The position numbers and the translations under genes were made by a program. 64,000 bases of DNA from Rhizodiscina lignyota (Eukaryota): assembly GCA_010015805.1 (NCBI GenBank), contig ML978138.1, positions 372,001-436,000 on the forward strand, read 5' to 3'. Positions 50,685 to 62,116 of the stretch are shown here, piece after piece; position 1 is the stretch's first letter; each line of letters starts with the position of its first letter. The notes beneath the pieces are model-generated. The model ran no database searches. It was not told where the DNA came from and was given only the letters and a program-made list of their open reading frames with translations.

Positions 50685-51152
50685 TTACATTATTACCTCC
50701 TCAAGTGCCTCTTCCAAATCCCTATCAATGATGCTCACGTTGTTGCCATCACCGATCTCGGTGACAGTATTCGTAGTTTTCCCGCTGTTATGGTCGCTGA
50801 TGGAGACGTTGTTTCCATCCCCATCGATATTGACATTGTTGGTGTCGTCGCCGCAGTTGCCATCGCTAATAGATACATTGTTGGCATCGCCCTTGGTACT
50901 GACATTGTTTGTAGTCGAGCCCTTCTTGTTGCCAGAGCAGGTCTGGCCCCCAGTATTTCCATTGTTGACTTGAGTGTTGCTGATTTGGGTGCCACCACTC
51001 CCGTCTCCGCCCTGTTCGTTGTTGAAATTGTCGTTGCCGCTTCCGCCATTGACTTGAACATTTGAGATTTGTTTCCCATGACGCGGGAGTGGGGCGGCGC
51101 CGACGAGGACAATAGCAAAGAAGCTTGCAGTGAGGATGCTAGTGAAACGCAT
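50685..51152 (-). CDS. Small secreted Asn/Gly-rich repeat protein (155 aa), partner of the KEP-like precursor
   Basis: Signal peptide MRFTSILTASFFAIVLVGA. Contains QISNVQVN, DNFNNEQGG, QISNTQVN, three GD(A/G)NNVSI repeats, NNVST, NNVNI, two Cys and an acidic tail. Confidence 0.85.
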   Translation of the reverse strand: MRFTSILTASFFAIVLVGAAPLPRHGKQISNVQVNGGSGNDNFNNEQGGDGSGGTQISNTQVNNGNTGGQTCSGNKKGSTTNNVSTKGDANNVSISDGNCGDDTNNVNIDGDGNNVSISDHNSGKTTNTVTEIGDGNNVSIIDRDLEEALEEVIM

Positions 51153-52143
51153 CTTGATTGTATTAAACAATAATTGTAGAGAAAAACGCCGCAAAAGAGT
51201 GACTTGTGAGATCCGAAATTCCTAGAGATTGCGCCTTTGAAAACTACATAAGAGGGTAATGTTACGCTTTAAATCTCTGGGAGGGGGGAAAATCCTTGTG
51301 CTGCTTACTGCGTGTTGCGGCGGTGTGCCCGTAATGCTAATAAAGCCTTCTTGCGAGTTCCTCAAATAGCCCTAAGCCCAAGGCCTTACGTATGGAAGGT
51401 CTAAGAGAACTCGTAAATTGCTCACCATGTATTACTCAACTTAGATCACCTACCCCGTAAACAGAGATTTGGTAAGGACCCATCTAGTCAGAAAATATTT
51501 ATAGCTATTACGGTGTATGACAGGGCTTGTATTACCGCATCCCGGTAACTGCATTAACTCCGTCAAAACTACGCGCCCTACCCCTCTTGTCTGTAATCGA
51601 CGTCAAAGAGTGTGTCATTTGAGTGCTTTGTTACAAAAGATTCTGAAGGTAAAGATCTACACTAAGAACGCCCGTGGCGAATATACACAGTTCCCGATCG
51701 GGAACACCCGGGCCGGATAAATCTATTTCCGGTCCCGTCATCTGAAATCGTGTTCGTGCACCTTGTTCACAATTCAAAGATATCGAGGAGGTCACGTGAT
51801 GCTGGTCGCACACGCGAATTTTCGAAAGCCTACTCCTCTATAATTAGCGTATATATAAGTATAAAAAGTAGATAGATACGCGTAGAAAGGCTTGACTTGA
51901 AATCAAATAGAGCGCTTTTCTCGAATTCAGTCGTGGGCGATTATCATAGAGTTGTAAAATAGAGCATGACCAAAAATTTGAAGAATTTGATGGGGGTTCG
52001 CAGGCTAATTAGGTAATAACTAGCCTAAAGGAATTGTCCTTAGGTAGGATAACAGCGGCTTTTCGACTTGGTGAAACCCCTTAAGAACCTAAGGTATAAA
52101 CCTCATAGATATGAAGTAAGTCATTATGTTTCGTTGCAAATAT

Positions 52144-52760
52144 ATGCAGATGGCGTCTGCCCACAAATCAAGCGCTTGTGAAGTGCTTCGGATCCGCCGA
52201 AGAGCCACTTCGAGAGTCTTTGTGATTTTTAATTTGCAACCATTGCAGAGGATTTCGACGCTGTCGGAAACGTTCCCCCAAACGTAGGAAATAGCTTGGT
52301 AGTCTGGTCCCGCGCTCGTCCTTTCGATGCGCAGATCGCATTTGATGGGATCGTCTCGTTGGCCTGGATATAGTCGAACAATACGAATGGAGTCCTCATA
52401 TGGAAGCGCCTGATAGACGGATTTCTCCCCACTCGAGAGTGTGGAGAGTGTGGAGAGTGGTTCCCTAGAAGCATGTTCCGCGATGTTCAGCCTTGCCAAT
52501 TGCGGGACATTCTCGCCGCGACCTCCAGTCGTGTCACCATCTTGCTCTCGTCTCGAAAATGTCCCCTTGCTGAACGATAGGAGATGCCCGAAGGCCGAGC
52601 AGACTTTCTGTATCATCAAAATGTCTTTAATATGCAGAATTGAAGACGAGATGCCGTGGGACGTTACACGAGGCTGTATATATTGACTGCCTTGAAAGCT
52701 GCGCCACGAATGGCTTGAGGCTAACCCGTCATAGGATTGCATCCATGTCGCGCCAGGCAT
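52144..52760 (-). pseudogene. HET-domain gene, 5' half
   Basis: YQALPYEDSIRIVRLYPG, YQAISYVWG, ITKTLEVALRRIR and LWADAICI form the canonical HET N-terminal half, which stops at the insertion. Start ATG could be 52760, 52742 or 52616. Confidence 0.9.
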
Positions 52761-52859
52761 CCGGGATATTTAGTATTTCGTAAGGACGCATCTCGGAAGT
52801 GTAAGGTCCCGCAATATAAAGAGTTTGTTATCATTCAGACGATAGAGGAGATATCACAA

Positions 52860-55800
52860 TCATGCGAATCGCACTTCACCAAACATACTGGCCCTCACTT
52901 GCATCAGCGCAACGAGCTCCAGCTCGAACTCCTGCAAGATGACCGCATTCGTCAGGATATGACTCAAGCTCGCCTCTCTCAACGCTTTATCCGTCTTCTT
53001 CTCTTCTGACTTTGCGCCTTCAGTGTCTGCGTCAGGACCCGCCTCCGCTCCTGTCGCAAACTGCTTTTCACCATCAGCCACCTTCTGGTTGTCTTTACTC
53101 CCAAACTGGAATCTCCTCTTCAAAATCTCCGCATCAGCTTCCCTTACAACGTCGTTCAGCAGAGCTCTCGGATCTCTCACAGCCGCGTTCATGCTCTCCC
53201 CTGGTCTAGGGCTCTGCGCCCTCGATCGCGCCTGTGGCGTCGCCGGACTCCTGGATCCAAGCAGCCCATAAGAGCCCAAACCCTGCTGTTGTTGTGGCGT
53301 CGATGACCCTGGACTACCACTCGGTGGAACTTTGCTCTTAGAATTGCTGCGTGGCGTCCTAGGAGGACGTGGAGAATCTCGCGACCCGACACTCGCGTCG
53401 CCGCCGATGCTGCGCTCATAGTCGGCCAGCATGCGCTGTGCGAGATTCAAAGTCTTGCCGACGCCAGGAATAGGCTTGCTGGGGCTTCCACTGCCGCTGA
53501 TACTGCGTTCGTATTCGGCGAAGATGCGGTCTGCAATGCTTCGCTTTCCGTCCTTTGGCGCCGGTGTACCTGCTTGGGACCGTGGAGGAGATGCCTGGGC
53601 AAAGTCTTTTGGTGGGACGGGAGGTGGTGCGTTTGCGATAGCTTCTGATATTGCATCGTACAGACTGAATGCTTGCCGGCGTGCGGTAAGGAGGACGTCA
53701 AAGTCTGGGACTGCAGCGCGCACAGATGAGAGTTCCGCATGAATTGCATGTAGCGCCGCGAGAAGAGACGGGGTATTCCGTCGATACCAATTCGGTCTAC
53801 GACGGGCAAGCTCTAGGGCTGTTATATGGTCCGCCTCCGTTGGTAGAGCCCCATTTGTAGCTGTCATTGATTGAGATAGCGATTGAATCGAAGATTCAAG
53901 GTTGGAATCTGTGTCATGATACACGTATTTCGATGGCTCGACGGATAGCCATCCTTCGAGTAGCAGATGTCCGCATGAGGCGAGTGTGATAACTGTCTCT
54001 GTGAGGCCAAGATTCACCTCGACGTTATTCGTCAAGAAAGTCTCGAGGACCTCCAGTGTATACCGGAACATGCTATCGTCAGGGCTTAGATGATGGGTTG
54101 TAGGTTCTCGCAGACAGATGAGGCTTGAGTCTGCCTGCTTTGGGGCAAATCCAAGCTCGTCCAATTTTAAAATTTGGGCCGAACAAGTGTGCGACTCAAG
54201 GAGTTTGAGCGCATCCTTCAGATGGCTTTCGTAAGCTTCATCAAGGCCAGTGTCTCCGATTGTCTTGGCGAGGTCAAGATATGCGTCCATCTCCGCATTG
54301 AGACTGCCATGTGTTCGATGGATTTCCTTGTTGGAACTGAATGAAACTTTGACGAGCGAACCAATGCCGTACGTGTGGTTCTTGCTGAGTATGATCGAGA
54401 CGAGACGAAAGGCTGCAGTGACAGTCTGCTGGTTGTTTGAACGGAGGCTGCTTAATATCAAGTCGACCAGACTGAACAAAGAGGGGTTCAACTGTTCATC
54501 ATCCTTCGGATTGCTCGCAAGTAGCATAAGTGACCGACGCCGCCGGACGAGCCGAGGGGATGCAGATGATTCTTGAGGAAGTCCATTCATGCCTTCCGGC
54601 ATGGCTAGAAGGTATTGCAGCATCATATGAATTAGTTCCGGATGGTCGAGTGCTTCAAGAATGCGTCGAAGGTACATCAAAACCGCAACAGAGGAGCCAC
54701 CGTCAGCATCAGAGGACTCCAAAAGAGATGGGTATCTACAAATCGTCAGTGAGGGTGAATGCGGGAGGGGGCTAGACATACAGTAACTGCTGCAAGAACA
54801 AGACTTGGAAATGATCCAATAAGGTCTGCCGGACATCAATAGATTTGCAATGCTCCAAAACATCTTGCCAAAAGGTCAAGTATGATAGAAACGTGTCCAT
54901 GTGGGTCTTGAGGTTTGGAGAGAAGAGGCTCTCAGCATCGCCAGCCGGCGGTCCTTCTGCATAGTCCGAGAGCACAAGCACGATCGGCATGTCCTCTTTT
55001 GGATGGACAATTGAGAGTTTTCTGATCCATATTAGCATATTATCTCCATCAGAGTACAGACCTCATACCTGCTGAGCTGGCTATACAGCGCGCCCAACCC
55101 AGTGGCCATCAAAGTCGGGATATCACTCTCAACTAACCACTGCTCCAACTCATCGCTCTTACTTGCGCTCTCAAACACATACAGCAGCCCCGTCCTCGCA
55201 AAGTCCCCGATTCTCCCCCCGTGATGCACGTGGTCAATAAGCTGATAGCACAACGGGAAATCCTCCTTCTGCGTCACTCCCGCAAAGCCCTGCCTCCTCC
55301 TCTCCCTATCCTTCTCTAGAAACTCGCTCTCCGAAATCACATTCCTCTGTCTGAACCACACGGGCAGGATCTCCGGCTGCAACCTAATCTTCGCCGTAAT
55401 GCCAAACAGCAGCTCCACAACCTCGACCTCCGTGTCCTCACCCACGAAGATGCCGCCTCCGCCTCCCGATGAAATCCGATCCACAAACCCCATCAGCGAC
55501 TGCGCAAAGCGCTCGGCCGCGAGAAACTCCTCCTCCTCGCTGTCGATGAGCGCGCCGAAAAAGGCGACCGCCTCGCGAATGACAGACTCATTGTAGCACG
55601 CGCTCGCGATGCGCGCGATCGTGATGTAGATCTGGGCGGAGGCGGCGAAGGAGAGGGAGAGATGCGGGGCTGGAGAACGGGATTCATCGTGGAGGATGGT
55701 GGTGAGGCGTTGGAAGGAGACGCGGATGGACTCGAGGGCCTGGGGGTCGTTGTGGAGGGCTTGGGATTTTTGGACGGTGTGCTGGAGAGCTCTTAGAATT

Positions 55801-55999
55801 TGAAAAGTGTCGGGGGGTATGTGGGAGGGTGTGTAGTACCAATAACCGATCGTAAATCTGTTGGAAGCGTGCCAGGCGCTGTTTGGGATTATTCGATGCT
55901 GAAGATGGCTTGTTGCCTCCGCCGATCAGGCGCGAGAACTGTGGAAGTCAGATACTCTTGTCTCAAGTGAGAGCCTCGTGGGGCACTTACAAAGTCCAT
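52860..55999 (-). CDS. fhipA: FTS/Hook-interacting protein (FHIP/FAM160, RAI16-like), multi-exon
   Basis: MDF|FSRLIGG start, VVELLFGITAKIRLQPEILPVWF, GRIGDFARTGLLY, LMATGLGALYSQLSR, FLSYLTFWQDVLEHC, YPSLLESSD and C-terminal LSHILTNAVILQEFELELVALMQVRASMF. Confidence 0.88.
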
Positions 56000-56398
56000 G
56001 TTGCGATTTATAGCGCATCTTGTCTGCGCATATTCTCACTGAAATGTTCAGGCGGTAGAGGTGTACACATGCATGAAGCTGTGGAAATAATGCTGGGCTT
56101 CGTTTCATGGGCTTGAGGCTTGGGCGTGGGCCAATGACGTACAAGATGTCAAAAGGGTGTGGTTTTCGAAGAGATTAATGAAACATGTCTACAATTATTA
56201 AATCTATATAGGCACAATTACTTGTATCATAATCAAATGTGAATATCCAAGCTTCGCGCCCGCTGTAAACACGCAAGCCTGTAGTGACAAGGCCCATCGT
56301 CTGCAACTGGCCACATTTACATATCCATCAAGGCATATCACGGGATTCCGATCCAGAACCTTATGTTGACTACCTCTCTTGTTGACAACTCTTCTCAT

Positions 56399-57448
56399 CT
56401 ATTTATTCGCTGCTTTTATGTGCCACTCCATAATCTTCTCGAAGATGCCCTTACCATCGGTCTCGATCACGTCGCCATGGCAAGGAATGATCCGGTCGAA
56501 GTCCCACTTTGCAATCTTGTCCACGCTCTTGTTGAAGCTCGGCTTATTGGCGCTGGAAGGACCGTACCAAATGAGTCGCTTCTGTGCAAGCGCTGCGCCA
56601 GCCGTACCGTTGAGGTAAATGAAGATTTTGGTCAGGATGCCGGCTGATTTGCGTTAGACGCCACAACATCTCCTAATCATCAGATATGTGTAGACTTACA
56701 ATTCGGCGATTGTCCGCTCTTGCTGAACTGTTCTGTCGCCGGGAGATTGAACATGAGATCGGCCTCGATGAGTGTTCGCTCTGGCTTGTAGTTGAAGACG
56801 AGTTCCTTGTTCGCATGGCCGTCCACAAATTCATAGTCGAAGTTGGCATCGAAATCGTCGTCGATTTTGAGATCGTTCTTATTCTTGGCCGTGAACACGT
56901 ACGTGAAGTGTACATCCTCGTTCTTCTGCTTGGCTCTCTTCTCGGGAAGCCCTTCTGGGCCGATAACCTTCGCCTTGGGATACTCCTTGGACCAAGCTCC
57001 GATGAAGATGTGATGCTAACGTTTGGTCAGTTCCATATACTGGTATGACTTGTTCCCAACGCACCTCAATATCAGTTGCTGCAATGTACTTTACATCGCC
57101 GCCCAACGATTCGACCTTTTCTTTAACCTCAGGAGTCAATGCCGTTGGGGAGAAGACTGCCAAAGCGCCGGATTGGAGACGAACTGGGAGAGTGTTAGTA
57201 TCGCAAGATCCGCATTACCGTAGTCACAAGTCAATCTGAAATTCATGACAGTGAAATCGTTCTCAAAGCATGAGGGGACGCGATGCGCCTAGGCCGCGGA
57301 TTCAAATTGACGTACCGATCGTTCCCCTTCCTCCAACCTTTATGCGCCCAAATCGGTAGAAAGGTGCGGAGCATGTCACAATATTCGGCGTGACATCTCT
57401 AATCACCATCACCGCCGACGGATTCGGTGGAATGAGCTTGGAAGTCAT
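56399..57448 (-). CDS. DUF4336 / metallo-beta-lactamase-like protein, multi-exon
   Basis: MTSKLIPPNPSAVMVIRDVTPNI...FGRIKVGGRGTI, AVFSPTALT, YIAATDIE|HH, NKELVF..RTLIEADLMFNLPATEQ and WDFDRIIPCHGDVIE. Confidence 0.82.
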
Positions 57449-58234
57449 GGTATCGATCGAAGAAACGTCGCAGCAATATGAAATTCACCGAAAGTTCGAC
57501 GAGCGAGCGTTAAATAGAGAAATGTTGGGCGATAAAATTGAACGATTCCAACAGCGTGCTAAGCAAAAGCTCAGGTGATATCTCGTCGAAAGGGAGGTGC
57601 GATGGTGTGGAAGTTTATGTGTGGCAGTCAAAGTGGTGACGTGCCTTCCAGCCCTGTCGCGGCCGCTAATGTAAGCTTAAATTAGTGCAGGAAGTCGCGA
57701 CTGATGATGCTATTGATATTGATATTGGGCAATGGAGCTGCCCTGTCGGCTCTGGGACTGCTCAGATATATAATCGTCTGCCAAGTCGTGAGAGCTTGCT
57801 TGCCGCTTGCGAGTATCGCGAGATTTCTCGTATCATGCAACAGCATGCAACAGCATGCAGGGCAAGCTGGTGCGCGTCGTGGCGCATTCGTGGAACTCAA
57901 ATCATGGGTTTGACAGGTCGCACAGCACGGGACAGCTTGATTAAGCGACCTCGGCGCAGCGACGAACAGGATGACTAACTCTCTCGGCCGTGATCTTGAT
58001 GTAGGCTGCTCCACATCTGGGATTGAATAATGCCTGCTCAATGCTTGCGCAGGCCTTTCTGCGCAAATCGTGTTCGAGGCCGCGGTCTACTAATCCCCAA
58101 GCCAACTCAAATACCATCATGCCGTGAAGTATAAAACATCGGCGACCACCTTTGCCCCGACGCCCCGACACCGCGCTGATGAGAATTAAACAAAAAGGCA
58201 CCCTGCTACGCCCTCACTTCGGACGATTCCGAGG

Positions 58235-59800
58235 CTATGTCCTCAATTCCGAGAATATGTACGGAAAGATGACGATGCAAGCTGTGCCAAAGATTGCAAA
58301 TCCCTTTGCCATTGCAAATGGCTTTGCAATCAAGCTCGCTTGCTGTATATACAGCCATATTGCGAGCAGCGCCACCGCAAAGAAGTGGTAGAAGAGCACG
58401 AACGGATTTCGGATGATGCCAGCTAGGAGACCGACAGGTCCGTCGATGCAATTGCCGCCCATCTGAAAGTAGCGAAAGCAGCCGAGTTGTAGTGCCTTCA
58501 GGTTTGGATCTGAAATGGCATGTCAGTAAGCTTCTTAGATCTTCCTTGGAGGACGGAGAACCATACCGTCCGCGGCAAAGAGGCTGTATAACGCTTGTGC
58601 CAAAATGTTGATAACTGATGTGAGGTTCTTCCGCCGCCAGTGGAAGGTTGACATCTGCTTCAGAACTACCTTCGTATCGTCTAATCGAGGAACGTTTTTA
58701 GGGCTGAGCAATTCTGCGAGCAGAACAGCATCATTGAATGCGACTGTCATACCGCCGCCCGTCAATGGGTGCCTCATGTTCATTGCGTCTCCAAAGATAA
58801 TCATTCCAGGTGTCTTGTTCGTCGTAGGAGGAAGCCATGAATTCGGCATTGAGCGCAGCGCACCGCGATCCAGAGCTGCTTCGAAGGATGGCTGTACACA
58901 CTTGGGCAATGATGGCATCACCACATTTCGCAGGTGACCTTTGACGCCGCCATTCTTGACAGATGCCGTCTCGCAATTTTCGGGAATATCCACGAGTGCT
59001 CTCGTCTCATGTGTGCCGATTTGGTAGAGAAGTACGGGTGCGCCATCACCAAGGACGACATGTCCATGCCTGGGCTGCGGAAGCTCCGCGTCTATGAGCT
59101 CGATGCCCCAAAATCGCGATCGCGAGACCGGTTGAAGCTTGATGTAGTCTTTTCGAAACTTGGAATTGTAGCCGTCAACAATTATCGTAAGGTGGCCGAA
59201 GTACTGCGAGAAAGGCCGGTGTTAGCAAGCCATGGGGAAGTGTGATGTCAATGAGCTACCCACATAATCTTTCTCGCCCTTTGTTGAGCATTCTACCCCT
59301 AAGACTTCGCCCGTCCAACCATTCTTGATAATCTCGGTGGCTGTCGTCTCAACGACGGTGATGTTCTTGTTTCGTAATGCGACAGCGCGCAATTGTTGTA
59401 TGAATCGACCATGATGAAATGACCTTCCCTCTGCCCTCGTCCCATTGGCGCTGCCTGCATTCGCAGGATATGGAATATTCACCTCCGCCCCGTAGTATAT
59501 TACATCGTATCCATTCACCTTTATCGCATCAATTCCCTCCAAGCACTGGTCGAGCCCCAGTTCTTTCAGCGCAGCCACGCCACCAGGTTGCAGCAGCTCC
59601 CCTACGATTCTGTCCGGCTCTTTCAAGCTCTTCTCGAGTAGTATCACGCTGCGGCCCTGATTTGCCAATGCTACAGCAATCGCACAGCCAGCGATCCCAG
59701 CACCAACAACGAGTACATCCGCATCGTGGTGAAGGCGTCGTCGTTCTTCGCGCTCGTCGTATATAGGGGAGGGAGGAGGTGAGTCCAGCATCAGAGGCAT
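58235..59800 (-). CDS. ERG1: Squalene epoxidase, 3 exons
   Basis: VVGAGIAG FAD motif, EPDRIVGELLQPGG, GRSFHHGRFI, GDAMNMRHPLTGGGMTVAFND, INILAQALYSLF and C-terminal hydrophobic helices. Confidence 0.96.
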
Positions 59801-60311
59801 AACGATTAGCCTGTCGAAATCATTCGAGGTGAATTGGAGAAGGGAGACGCGTCATGGAGGATATGAAGCAAAGAAAGTCGAGAGTGGACGCAATTTTAGT
59901 GGCGCAGGCCTTTATGTGGCGGGCTGCCGAGTCCAGACATCATGCCATGCTCGCACGACTGTGAACCGTGCAAAAATACGTGGATGCGAGCCAATTACCG
60001 CTTCCATAGCAACATCATCTCTAATATCGGTATATAACGGCTCAAGGGTCCTTGACCGCCACGTTTTCCACGCGATCATTGGATGGCTCTTGTGCCTGAT
60101 CCTTCAGGTGGCATCCCTGACGTTGGCCGCATGCCACATTACATAATCACTCAGCTGTGTGAACTCTCACATGTCATCAGACAAATCGCCGCTTCGCTTT
60201 ACTCCGTACAATCAACAAACGCCCCGACTGTCTTCGCACCAGCGATAATCGTCGCAGCTAGCTCCCGCCTAGGACAGCACTTGCATCGTCTTTCGAGATG
60301 AGATAGCCAAG

Positions 60312-61458
60312 ATGGAGAAGTACTCGCAGTTTCGCGACAGAGGTGAGAGTTGCCACGGGTGATTTCAGTGCGAACCATAGCCGACAAGTATAATCTAACT
60401 TTTCGCAGGCTCTGGAATCTCTCCCTTCCTGCCCATCCCAATTGAAGAACGATCGATTCTTCTCCTTCCTTTCTATCTCTTCCTGTTCGTGATTCGAGTG
60501 CCAATACTCATCGGACTTTCGCTGAGCTACTTGCTCTTCCTGCAATGGCTCCCTATCGGATCTCTGGGCAAGAAGGCCATTCTCTGGTGCATACTGGGAA
60601 CTCCGGGTATCTGGTGGATAGATCTCCAAATTGACGGCGTCAGAAGAGGGTGCGGAACCAAAACTGCCAGCTCACAGTAACGCACTAATTTCACGATACA
60701 GTTCATTAGGCACAAAAGCAAACAAGCCGAAACTACCCTTCCCAGGCACTGTCATTGCATCCTCTTATACCTCTCCGATCGATTGCCTCTACCTTGCCGC
60801 GATCTTCGACCCGATTTTCACGGTCTCATACCCGAACACTCGCAGCGTACGACGTGTCGGCCTCTTCGAGGCGATGCTCCATGCTCTCTCCTACCCCCGC
60901 GACACACCTCCTTCCAATGCCCGTCTGACTACGGTGGCTGATCTGATACGCGACAATCCAGATGCAAGCATACTGGTTTTTCCGGAATGTACAACGACAA
61001 ATGGACGCGGCATTCTTCCGTTCAGTACTAGCCTGCTCTCTGTAGGCCCAGAGACCAAGATATTCCCCATCAATCTTCGCTATACTCCTGCGGATATCAC
61101 GACGCCAGTTCCTGGTACGTGGCTCAGCTTTCTGTGGAATCTCTGCTCAAAACCGACACACTGCATCAGAGTGCGCATTGCCGAAGGAGTGTACAATAGC
61201 GCCCCAAAAAGCCAGAACACGTATGACACAAATTACTTTGATGAGTTGGACAAGCGCGAGACGAGGCAGAGGAATGGTGCCACAAATGGAGATATTTCTC
61301 ACAATGGCGAGAGCAGTGTGAGCAAGGAAGAGAAGCAACTTCTCGATCAGATTGGTGAAGCACTCGCAAGACTGGGAAGAGTCAAGAGGGTGAATCTTGG
61401 CGTGAAAGACAAACAGCAGTTTGTCGCGACTTGGTCGAAGAATCGGAGGATATGGTGA
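60312..61458 (+). CDS. LOA1: Lysophosphatidic acid acyltransferase Loa1/Vps66, 3 exons
   Basis: MEKYSQFRDR|GSGISPFLP, IWWIDLQIDGVRRG, SYTSPIDCLYL and VFPECTTTNGRGIL. Confidence 0.88.
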
Positions 61459-62116
61459 GATCTGCCGGCGTGCACTTGGTTTGCAAATTGTCTACCATGT
61501 CAGAGTAAACATTGCATCATCTCACCAGAATGAACAGTAGCATGACTGCTGAAAATTGATCTCAAGTCCAAGTAAGTCGCTTTTTCCGACTGGGTTGAGC
61601 ATTGACGATGCGCTTGTGCTTACTGTTCTGTTCAGCCTCATGGGAGCTAGCCCGTTTCCTAATGTGGCCGTGATGTCCAGACGAGGCCTCGTCCTGTCTA
61701 CAGCCTCGTGCACTGTCGGCGATCGTGTGATTTACGCTCACCCGCCCAATCCGAATTCTCTATTGGACCGTTCAATATTGGAGGCGTGCATGAAGCCTCG
61801 CCTGCTGCGTTCCCCGTTCGCTACCATGCATCATCATGCCTTCAGCCTTGTTGAAGCAGACGGGAAGGTAGGAAGCGAAGTTGCTTTGCACATACATCTA
61901 TGCGCGTCGCCACGATACGGGCTCTCGCATCGTTTCATATATCTTCATCGCGTAGGAAAGTTCATTTTCATAAAGTCCTGCGCCAGTAGTGCTTTTCACT
62001 CAGCTGCATTTGATCGCTCCACTGAAGCAGTTGCTCGCTCGCCATTCGTTTTTCATTAGATACTATGACTTTCCTTCAATCTTCAACCGACCCATATTTC
62101 ATTGGTTACTATCTAG

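Larger units (their letters stand above)
47470..52143. mobile_element. 4,674-bp non-autonomous cargo-carrying insertion element with 5-bp direct repeat and 12-bp subterminal inverted repeats
   Basis: Direct repeat ATGCA at 47465-47469 and 52144-52148. Inverted repeats GCAACGAAACAT (47474-47485) and ATGTTTCGTTGC (52126-52137). Deleting the insert plus one repeat restores WADAICIEQINVKERSHQV in frame. No transposase or recombinase ORF recognised. Confidence 0.88.

Noticed and set aside
47470..52143. Insert as a giant spliceosomal intron, LTR element or autonomous transposon
   Set aside because: No GT/AG at the junctions in HET orientation, no long terminal direct repeats, and no recognisable transposase, reverse transcriptase or recombinase ORF.
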